This document shows, piece after piece, positions 56,952 to 64,000 of a stretch of 64,000 bases of DNA. The stretch is taken from the NCBI RefSeq assembly GCF_937873925.1, contig NZ_CALNAT010000256.1, positions 327 to 64,326 on the forward strand, written 5' to 3'. The stretch comes from an uncultured Proteiniphilum sp. (GTDB taxonomy: Bacteria > Bacteroidota > Bacteroidia > Bacteroidales > Dysgonomonadaceae). Position 1 is the first letter of the stretch. Every line of letters starts with the position of its first letter. The notes beneath the pieces are model-generated. The model ran no database searches, was not told where the DNA came from, and saw nothing but the letters and a program-made list of their open reading frames with translations. The position numbers were made by a program, and so were the translations under genes.

Positions 56952-57932
56952 ATGATGGGTGGTAAAATACCTGTTTTTGAAAAAATTGTCGACGGAGCGA
57001 TCAGGGGGATATTGAGAGATTGTCAGCCCCGGACGCTGTTCGTTCCCGCCGAATATATGCTGTCGCTGGGAGGGAAGAGGCTCAGGCCACTTTTGACGCT
57101 TATGGCGGCAGATCTTTTTGGTAAAAATGCGGAAGAGGTTCTGGATGCCGCATTAGCAGTAGAAATATTCCATAATTTTTCCCTGGTGCATGATGATTTG
57201 ATGGATGATGCCGATCTGAGGCGGGGATATCCGACGGTACACAAGAAATGGAGTGACAACAGTGCTATCCTTTCGGGTGATGCGTTAGTGATCGAGGCTT
57301 ATAAATATATCGCGAAAACTCCCGTCAGCGTGCTTCCCGTTATTTTAGACCTGTTCTCTACTACAGCCATGGAGATCTGTCAAGGACAACAATACGATAT
57401 GGACTTCGAACAACGTTTCGATGTTACGGAAGAGGAATATATCGAGATGATCCGGCTGAAAACGGCCGTGCTCATCGGTTGTGCCCTGAAGATCGGTGCC
57501 ATCATCGCCGGTGCTCCCGCCGCGGATACCGATTCGCTTTACAAATTCGGTATCAACATAGGGCTGGCGTTTCAGTTAAAGGATGACCTGCTGGATGTGT
57601 ATGGCGATCGGGAGACATTCGGAAAAAAGATAGGAGGCGATATCTTATGCAATAAAAAAACCTTCCTGTTGATCAGGAGTTTAAAGAATGCAAACGGTGT
57701 GCAAAGGGAGGAACTGTACAGATGGTTAACGGCAACCGATTACAATCCCGATGCAAAGATCAGGTTTGTTAAAAATCTCTATGATGAATTAAATTTGAAA
57801 TTTGTCGTTGAAAATCTTATCGAAAAGTATTATCTTGCGTCGCTCGATTGCCTGTCGTCAGTCAATGTCCCCGACACCCGTAAAAGGGATCTGATCACCC
57901 TGTCGGAAAATCTGATGTACAGAGAGAAATAA
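56952..57932 (+). CDS. Polyprenyl diphosphate synthase (trans-isoprenyl)
   Basis: First and second Asp-rich motifs (LVHDDLMDDADLRRG and FQLKDDLLD). Chain length cannot be called from sequence. Confidence 0.88.
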   Translation: MMGGKIPVFEKIVDGAIRGILRDCQPRTLFVPAEYMLSLGGKRLRPLLTLMAADLFGKNAEEVLDAALAVEIFHNFSLVHDDLMDDADLRRGYPTVHKKWSDNSAILSGDALVIEAYKYIAKTPVSVLPVILDLFSTTAMEICQGQQYDMDFEQRFDVTEEEYIEMIRLKTAVLIGCALKIGAIIAGAPAADTDSLYKFGINIGLAFQLKDDLLDVYGDRETFGKKIGGDILCNKKTFLLIRSLKNANGVQREELYRWLTATDYNPDAKIRFVKNLYDELNLKFVVENLIEKYYLASLDCLSSVNVPDTRKRDLITLSENLMYREK

Positions 57933-57982
57933 AAAAGAAAAGGAAAAGGCTTATTTATAAAATAGCCATAGCCGCAAGTTAC

Positions 57983-58678
57983 ATGCCCTATCGCAGATTA
58001 CCAAATACAGACAGCGCCCGTATCAGGGCCTTGAGGTCGGCAGTTGAAAAAGCAGCCGATACCGATTTTCAGGAACTCTCATTCTCAACGAACGCTCTTG
58101 ACGAGGCCAAAAGCGTGCTGACGCATTTCGAACTTTTATCTGCCCGTTACCAGCAATTGTACGATACACAGGTGAAAGCCGGTAAATCCTTTACAGGAAA
58201 AACCAAGAATGCCCGTATGTATATTTCGCATTTCATACAAGTGCTATATATGTGTGTGATGCGCTCCGAAATCAAAGAGGAACAATTGTCGCTCTACGGA
58301 CTGGAAGATGCCCATATGGTTGTCCCCGATCTGACTTCCAATGAACAATTGCTGGAGTGGGGGCAGAAGATCATTGAGGGAGAACGTCAGCGTACCGCGC
58401 AGGGTGGTGCGCCAATCTATAATCCGTCCATCGCCAAGGTAAATGTAATGTTTACCCTTTTCAAAGAAGGATATAAGACCCAGAAATTGCATCAGAAAGC
58501 TACGGCGCGTGTCTTGCAGGAAGTGGGCGACTATCGGGAAAAAGTGGATAGGATTATTTTTGGGATATGGGAAGAGGTGGAAAAACACAACATCGACTTA
58601 CCTCCTGAGAAACGGCTTGCCCGGAATCGTGAATACGGTATTGTCTACTACTACAGAAAAGGAGAAATAGCGGAATGA
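57983..58678 (+). CDS. Hypothetical protein
   Basis: 231-aa ORF with no motif I recognise. Its stop overlaps the tatD start (ATGA at 58675-58678), which suggests translational coupling. Confidence 0.6.
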   Translation: MPYRRLPNTDSARIRALRSAVEKAADTDFQELSFSTNALDEAKSVLTHFELLSARYQQLYDTQVKAGKSFTGKTKNARMYISHFIQVLYMCVMRSEIKEEQLSLYGLEDAHMVVPDLTSNEQLLEWGQKIIEGERQRTAQGGAPIYNPSIAKVNVMFTLFKEGYKTQKLHQKATARVLQEVGDYREKVDRIIFGIWEEVEKHNIDLPPEKRLARNREYGIVYYYRKGEIAE

Positions 58679-59451
58679 ATCTCATAGACACGCATGCTCA
58701 TCTGTTTGCCGGGGAATTTCAGGATGATCTGCAAAAGGTGGTAACACGTGCAATAGAGGCGGGAGTGGAGATGGTGCTGCTGCCCAATATCGATGAAATT
58801 TCCGTGCCCCGACTGAAACAGTGCGTATTGAATTATCCCGGTTTTTTTTATCCTATGATGGGCCTTCATCCTACCAGTGTGGGCAAGGATTGGGAAAAAC
58901 AGCTGGAGCCCATCTACCGGGAGTTGAATGGCGGGGAGTACATTGCCGTGGGGGAGATAGGGCTGGATCTTCATTGGGATACCTCGTTGCGGGAAGCACA
59001 GGTGAAAGCCTTTGAGGAACAATTAAGATGGAGTATCGAAAAAGACCTCCCTGTATCTATCCATTTCAGGGATGCCACGGAAGAGGTGATAAAAAGTATC
59101 CGGAGAGTGGGCGTGCAATCCTTAAGAGGTGTATTTCACAGTTTTGGAGGTACAAAAGCGGAACTGGAGGCGATATTGGAGTTGGGCAATTTTCTGGTAG
59201 GGATCAATGGAGTGGTGACCTTCAAGAACTCGGGGTTGTCCGAAACACTGAAGCATTGCCCTGCCAACCGGGTAGTGCTTGAAACCGACTCTCCTTATCT
59301 TGCGCCTGTGCCATACAGGGGAAGAAGGAACGAGTCTGCCTATCTGGCGTATATTGTCGCTCAATTGGCTGGAATATGGGATGAGAGCGAGGAATCAGTC
59401 GCCTGGCTCACCACCCGTAATGCACGGGAATTATTCAATTTTTTTGGGTGA
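58675..59451 (+). CDS. tatD: TatD-family metal-dependent hydrolase
   Basis: 258 aa with the N-terminal IDTHAHL motif and later HS/D metal ligands typical of TatD. Confidence 0.88.
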   Translation: MNLIDTHAHLFAGEFQDDLQKVVTRAIEAGVEMVLLPNIDEISVPRLKQCVLNYPGFFYPMMGLHPTSVGKDWEKQLEPIYRELNGGEYIAVGEIGLDLHWDTSLREAQVKAFEEQLRWSIEKDLPVSIHFRDATEEVIKSIRRVGVQSLRGVFHSFGGTKAELEAILELGNFLVGINGVVTFKNSGLSETLKHCPANRVVLETDSPYLAPVPYRGRRNESAYLAYIVAQLAGIWDESEESVAWLTTRNARELFNFFG

Positions 59452-59639
59452 GTATGCCTTCATTTTTCAACCGAAAGAGTGAAAAGGGTTTTTTATTAAA
59501 ATTATTATGACAGAAGTAGCATATAATCGATAAATTCTGTAATTTTGCTTCCCGAATGAAGTGGGAATGAAATATTTTTTGTAATTTGCACCCGTTTTCG
59601 GGAAAATCTCTTTCAGAAGAGATGTTTATTCCTCTTTAG

Positions 59640-59727
59640 GGAGAGATGCTCGAGTGGTTGAAGAGGCACGCCTGGAAAGCGTGTATACGCCAAAAGTGTA
59701 TCGCGGGTTCGAATCCCGCTCTCTCCG
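59640..59727 (+). tRNA. tRNA-Ser (anticodon GGA)
   Basis: Manual cloverleaf. Acceptor GGAGAGA/TCTCTCC. Anticodon stem CACGC/GCGTG with loop CTGGAAA. Long variable arm. T-arm GCGGG-TTCGAAT-CCCGC. Discriminator G. CCA is not encoded. Confidence 0.92.
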
Positions 59728-59827
59728 CACAAATTGAAAAGTCACATTTTATTTAGAACAACAACACAAGAAATCAATTATAAATACAAAAAATCAAAGA
59801 TCATTAATCAAAAAAATTGAACACACA

Positions 59828-60628
59828 ATGAAAAAGTTATTTGCAATTTTAGCAATCTTCGGAATGATGTCCGTAGGGTTGTCGTCGGTTCTTTTAGCAC
59901 AAGATGCCACTCCTGCTGAAGAAACAGAACAAGTTGCCGTTACTCCGGTCGAAACAACACAGGCTACCGTTGATGAAACATCAGGTGGTTTTCATCAGGC
60001 GCTGAAGGTGAAATTTATTGAAGGAGGTGCCGGCTTTATGAGTACCATCGCCATCTGTTTGATCCTGGGTCTGGCTTTCTGTCTCGAAAGAATCATTTAC
60101 CTGAGTCTGGCAGATGTGGATCCGGATGCTTTCCTGAATAAAGTAGGTGATACACTGGAGAGGGGTGACGTGGAAGCTGCAAAAGATATTGCACGCAATA
60201 CCAGAGGGCCCGTTGCTTCGATTGTATATCAGGGATTGCTTCGTCTCGACCAGGGACCCGATGCGGTGGAACGTTCCATTGTTTCTTACGGTGGCGTACA
60301 GTCGGGCTTGCTGGAAAGGAACCTTTCATGGATCACTCTTTTTATCGCTGTTGCCCCCTCGCTTGGGTTCTTGGGAACTGTGGTAGGTATGGTAATGGCT
60401 TTCGATGATATCCAGAGAGCGGGAGACATGAGCCCGACCATTGTTGCCGGCGGTATGAAGGTGGCTTTGATCACCACCGTAGGCGGTCTGATCGTTGCCA
60501 TTATTCTCCAGATAATCTATAACTATATCCTTTCCAAGATGGAAGGTATCCTCAACAAAATGGAAGATGCTTCCATTACCTTCCTGGATCAGGTAATCAA
60601 ATATAACGTTAAATATAAAAACTTGTAA
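59828..60628 (+). CDS. exbB: MotA/TolQ/ExbB proton-channel protein
   Basis: 266 aa with a signal-like N-terminus and three TM segments including LGFLGTVVGMVMAF. ExbD genes follow. Confidence 0.88.
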   Translation: MKKLFAILAIFGMMSVGLSSVLLAQDATPAEETEQVAVTPVETTQATVDETSGGFHQALKVKFIEGGAGFMSTIAICLILGLAFCLERIIYLSLADVDPDAFLNKVGDTLERGDVEAAKDIARNTRGPVASIVYQGLLRLDQGPDAVERSIVSYGGVQSGLLERNLSWITLFIAVAPSLGFLGTVVGMVMAFDDIQRAGDMSPTIVAGGMKVALITTVGGLIVAIILQIIYNYILSKMEGILNKMEDASITFLDQVIKYNVKYKNL

Positions 60629-60633
60629 TTATT

Positions 60634-61113
60634 ATGGCTGTAACGAAAATACACAGAACTTCCAGATTAACCCTGTATATAGGAGTTGCGATCACTCTTG
60701 TGGTGCTGGGGTTATTCTATCTGGGGGGACAGGTGCCGGCGCAGGAGAAGCTGGTTGCCGATATGAGTCAGCCTAAGTTTGCGGATCTTTTATTGTACTG
60801 GGCATATGCGCTTTTGGTAATTACAGTAGTTGTTTGTGTTATATTTATAATAGCATCGTCCCTGAACCAACTGAAAGAGAGTCCGAAAAAAACCATGGGC
60901 GGATTTCTGGCTCTTCTGGGATTGGCGGCATTGCTGGTGATTACCTATGTGATAGGCGACGGAACACTTTTGAATATTCCCGGATACGAAGGGAATGACA
61001 ACCGGCCTCCCACGTTGAAGATGACAGATATGTGGCTCTACAGTTCATATATCATGTTCGTTATCACCATACTGGCGATGATTATTTTGCCGTTGATCAA
61101 AAGTAAAAAATAA
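60634..61113 (+). CDS. Hypothetical membrane protein in the exbB-exbD cluster
   Basis: 159 aa with four predicted TM helices, tightly packed between exbB and exbD. Confidence 0.65.
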   Translation: MAVTKIHRTSRLTLYIGVAITLVVLGLFYLGGQVPAQEKLVADMSQPKFADLLLYWAYALLVITVVVCVIFIIASSLNQLKESPKKTMGGFLALLGLAALLVITYVIGDGTLLNIPGYEGNDNRPPTLKMTDMWLYSSYIMFVITILAMIILPLIKSKK

Positions 61114-61152
61114 TAGGCTCAATCAAAGAGCAAATTAAAGAAAGGTGTTTAT

Positions 61153-61779
61153 ATGGCAAAATCAAGTAGAAAAGTTCCGGGATTGAACGCAAGTTCAATG
61201 GCCGACGTCTCATTTCTTTTGCTGACCTTCTTCTTGCTTGTTTCGAACATGGACGTCGACTCCGGACTGGCGCGCCGACTGCCGCCGCCGACGACGGATC
61301 AAACTTCTGTGGATGTGCAGCGTAGGAACCTCTTCGTTGTTCTGGTAAACGCCCAGAATGAGACCATGGCGGCAAACCAGCAAAGTACCGAGTGGTACGC
61401 CAACGAAGCTGAGTTGCGGGGTGAAGCAGGTGGAAAGGTAGCTCTGAAAGATAAGGTGAAAGAGTTTATATTGAATACGTCTAACAGTCCTGAACTGCCC
61501 GAACTGGAAGAACAGGATTTCGGAGCGCCGATAGGAGTTGTTCCCGTTACTGCAGCCCATGTGGTTTCTATCCAGAACGATGCTACCACCAGCTATAAAG
61601 CATATATCGCTGTACAGAACGAGGTAGTGAGGGCATACAATGAGTTGAGGGAAGAAGGGGCTAGGAAATATTTCAATACCTCTTACGGAGAGTTGACGGA
61701 AGAACAGCAGAAACAAATTCAGGATCTTTATCCTCAACGTATTTCTGAAGCAGAACCTAAAAATTATGGAGGACAATAA
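61153..61779 (+). CDS. exbD: ExbD/TolR biopolymer transport protein (long form)
   Basis: N-terminal MADVSFLLLTFFLLV anchor typical of ExbD/TolR, 208 aa. Confidence 0.85.
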   Translation: MAKSSRKVPGLNASSMADVSFLLLTFFLLVSNMDVDSGLARRLPPPTTDQTSVDVQRRNLFVVLVNAQNETMAANQQSTEWYANEAELRGEAGGKVALKDKVKEFILNTSNSPELPELEEQDFGAPIGVVPVTAAHVVSIQNDATTSYKAYIAVQNEVVRAYNELREEGARKYFNTSYGELTEEQQKQIQDLYPQRISEAEPKNYGGQ

Positions 61780-61781
61780 TT

Positions 61782-62240
61782 ATGGGAAAATTTAATAAAA
61801 GCGGTAAAAGAGAGATGCCTGAGATGAATACGGCATCTATGCCTGACATTGTTTTCGCCATCTTGTTTTTCTTTATGGTTACTACCACTATGCGTTCGGA
61901 GACGTTGATGGTAAGTATGAAAATACCGACCGCTTCGGAAGTGCAGAAGTTAGAGAAAAAGTCATTGGTGACCTATATCAATATTGGTCCTCCCACGGAT
62001 ACGAGACTGGGTACCGGTACGCAGATGCAGCTGAACGACAGGTTCGCCCAGGTGACCGAAATTCAGGATTATATCGCACAGGAGAAGGCCAGTATGAATG
62101 AAGCGGATCAACCGTTGATGACCGTTTCCATTAAAGCGGATGAAGATACGCGGATGCAGTACATTACAGATGTAAAGCAAGCATTGAGACAGGCTTACGC
62201 ATTAAAAATCAGTTATTCCGCCCGAGCGGGGGAGAATTGA
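61782..62240 (+). CDS. exbD: ExbD/TolR biopolymer transport protein
   Basis: MPDIVFAILFFFMVTT anchor followed by an ExbD periplasmic domain, 152 aa. Confidence 0.85.
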   Translation: MGKFNKSGKREMPEMNTASMPDIVFAILFFFMVTTTMRSETLMVSMKIPTASEVQKLEKKSLVTYINIGPPTDTRLGTGTQMQLNDRFAQVTEIQDYIAQEKASMNEADQPLMTVSIKADEDTRMQYITDVKQALRQAYALKISYSARAGEN

Positions 62241-62263
62241 TAACTGAAACCGATGTCTAAAAG

Positions 62264-62296
62264 AACCGGATTACCTTGAGTGATCCGGTTTTTTTC
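62264..62296 (+). terminator. exbD terminator
   Basis: AACCGGAT ... ATCCGGTT forms an 8-bp stem followed by TTTTTTT, between convergent exbD and anSME. Confidence 0.8.
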
Positions 62297-62315
62297 TTCC
62301 CGTATTCCCACCTGA

Positions 62316-63554
62316 TCACCTTTTTACCTTCCCGCCGCCTTGCCGTACCCATTCCATCACATTGGCAGGCGGACGTTTTGCCAGTAATTCCTGCTTCATA
62401 AAGTCCATATAGGGCGCCACATGGGAGAAAAACCTGTAATATCCTTTACACAGATAATTGAGTCCTTCGTTCCCGTATTTGTCCTTTATAAACCTGTTCT
62501 TGGGGCACTCGCCGTAGCAGGCGAAAAGCATGTCGCATTCACGGCATTGCCGGGGAAGTGTATCGAATTTATCATTTCCGAATTTCAGTTGTTCTTCGGA
62601 ATACATCATCGAGGTGAGTGTGCTGCTGTAAATATTGCCTAAGCGGTATTCGGGAAAAACAAAGTGGTCGCATGAGTATACATCACCATTGAACTCCATG
62701 ACGCCCGCATGTCCGCATGTCCTGGCCATGGTACATACTCCCGGCTGTTCCCCTACCCAGTTGGCCAGTGTGGAGTCAAAGATCTGGATAAACATCTTCC
62801 CTACATCCTGTTTTACCCACTCATCGAAAATGGTACAGAGAAAATCACCCCATTTCCCGGCATCGACGGTGAAAGGGGCCAACTCCACTTCCTCCTCTTT
62901 CTCTTGTGCAGTAGCCAGTTTCAGTAGAGAATTGTTCTTGCGTAAACGTTCTACAATGGGAGTGAACTGTATATATTGGCATCCGATCTCTTTGAAGAAC
63001 CGGTAGAATTCCAACGGATAATCCACGTTATAATCATTGACTACCGCCATACAGTTGAATTCCACGCCATGTTTCTGCAGAAGTTGTATCCCTTTCATTA
63101 CACGGTGGAACGAGGGCCTGCCCATCTTGTCGCGGCGATATTCATCATGGAAATCCTGTGGCCCGTCGATCGAGATTCCTACCAGAAAATTGTTCTCTTT
63201 GAAGAAGGCGCACCATTCGTCGTTGAGCAGTGTGCCGTTGGTCTGAATGGAATTATCGATCTGCCGCCCGCGCCCGTATCTCTTTTGCAGTTCTACCGCT
63301 TTTTTATAGAACGAGAGAGGACGCATCAGCGTTTCGCCGCCATGCCAGGTGAACATTACCTGCGGCATGGTCTGGGATTCAATATATTGTTGGATGAACC
63401 GTTCGAGGAGTTCTTCGCTCATCACCTGGTTTTTCTTGCCATAAAGGATTGCTTTTTCCAAATAATAACAATAATCGCAATCAAGGTTGCACTTTGACCC
63501 TATGGGTTTGAGCATTACGTACATCGGTTTGGCAAAAGGAGCAAATGTAGACAT
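62316..63554 (-). CDS. Anaerobic sulfatase-maturating enzyme (radical SAM/SPASM)
   Basis: 412 aa with the radical-SAM motif CNLDCDYCYY and C-terminal Cys clusters (CDHFV..., CRECDMLFACYGECP). Confidence 0.9.
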   Translation of the reverse strand: MSTFAPFAKPMYVMLKPIGSKCNLDCDYCYYLEKAILYGKKNQVMSEELLERFIQQYIESQTMPQVMFTWHGGETLMRPLSFYKKAVELQKRYGRGRQIDNSIQTNGTLLNDEWCAFFKENNFLVGISIDGPQDFHDEYRRDKMGRPSFHRVMKGIQLLQKHGVEFNCMAVVNDYNVDYPLEFYRFFKEIGCQYIQFTPIVERLRKNNSLLKLATAQEKEEEVELAPFTVDAGKWGDFLCTIFDEWVKQDVGKMFIQIFDSTLANWVGEQPGVCTMARTCGHAGVMEFNGDVYSCDHFVFPEYRLGNIYSSTLTSMMYSEEQLKFGNDKFDTLPRQCRECDMLFACYGECPKNRFIKDKYGNEGLNYLCKGYYRFFSHVAPYMDFMKQELLAKRPPANVMEWVRQGGGKVKR

Positions 63555-63573
63555 ATTGATATTATTTATAAAG

Positions 63574-63581
63574 CAAAGATA
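63574..63581 (-). promoter_or_regulatory. Candidate -7 box TATCTTTG upstream of anSME
   Basis: The plus strand reads CAAAGATA, 20 nt upstream of ATG 63554. Confidence 0.4.
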
Positions 63582-63827
63582 AACAATTCATATCATTATA
63601 AGGTTTAGAGAAGTAAAAATTTGAATATTGAACCTGTTGATAGGGTGGGAAGGTGATCAGGTGGAAAGTCTTTATTCTGATAATATAAAATCGTATGAAA
63701 CCGACATAATTAAAAATAACGATTAAAATAATGATTAAAGATCCGGAGGAAATCTCTAACTTTAGGGAATATTTTAATCATAAAAGGTTCACTAAAGTTC
63801 CATACATCATAAAGAAAAAATAATCGT

Positions 63828-64000
63828 ATGAAAAAAGAAAATTTATTACAGTTGGGTTGGTTAATTTTTAGAGTAGGTATAGGAATATCGATATTTCTGC
63901 ACGGGTTTCCCAAAATTTCCGGCGGACCTGAAATGTGGACTGCCATAGGCGGTAGTATGGGGATATTCGGTATCAATTTCGCTCCGACTTTCTGGGGGTT
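63828..64000 (+). CDS. DoxX-family membrane protein (3' end outside window)
   Basis: From ATG 63828 the frame reads MKKENLLQLGWLIFRVGIGISIFLHGFPKISGGPEMW... and stays open to the window end. It is absent from the ORF track because it is truncated. Confidence 0.6.
   Translation, partial: MKKENLLQLGWLIFRVGIGISIFLHGFPKISGGPEMWTAIGGSMGIFGINFAPTFWG

Noticed and set aside
59640-59727. tRNA-Ser as a possible integration site for a genomic island
   Set aside because: There is no integrase, no direct repeat of the tRNA 3' end and no foreign-looking genes on either side. The flanking genes are tatD and exbB-exbD.
63710-63976. 88-aa minus-strand ORF at the right edge
   Set aside because: It overlaps the DoxX-like plus-strand gene, whose N-terminal TM pattern is recognisable. 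The minus-strand product has no motif.

Overview
This window looks like a Bacteroidota (Bacteroidales-like) chromosome. The evidence is an LpxC-FabZ fusion, a hybrid HK-RR-AraC regulator, an anaerobic sulfatase maturase, TonB/ExbBD sets and recurrent TAnnTTTG -7 boxes. I call 55 protein-coding genes (two cut by the window edges), one tRNA-Ser(GGA), 11 hairpin terminators, candidate promoters and several intergenic repeat tracts. Most genes are core functions: lpxD / lpxC-fabZ / lpxA; aguA-aguB; rseC-like + rnfBCDGEA; a TCA oxidative-branch operon (aconitase, icd, citrate synthase) with a second, eukaryote-type IDH; an EF-G paralog; a P-type Ca2+-ATPase; oadGAB; iorA-iorB-paaK-ACT-aminotransferase; pnp; greA; a HIT protein; coaA; htpG; an ECF sigma with no adjacent anti-sigma; a Ca2+/Na+ antiporter; lon; a tRNA m6A methyltransferase; hpt; tonB; a polyprenyl synthase; tatD; exbB-exbD-exbD; and anSME. 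I saw no rRNA, CRISPR array, transposase, integrase or phage gene. The only clearly accessory segment is ~36.4-43.6 kb. There, between pnp and a sensor-less hybrid two-component regulator, lies a minus-strand cassette: an HU-like DNA-binding protein, an orphan 213-aa protein and a 964-aa collagen-like surface lipoprotein. It has its own terminator, operator-like repeats upstream and short inverted repeats at both edges. This is my best candidate for an undescribed system, but its function cannot be read from sequence alone. The most unusual non-genic signal is that many intergenic spacers are built from drifting 7-10-nt periodic words. Exact 15-29-nt cores are shared between unlinked spacers, and these cores keep a nearly constant orientation relative to transcription. 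All coordinates, motifs and repeat matches were read by eye from the sequence. No database search or folding program was run.
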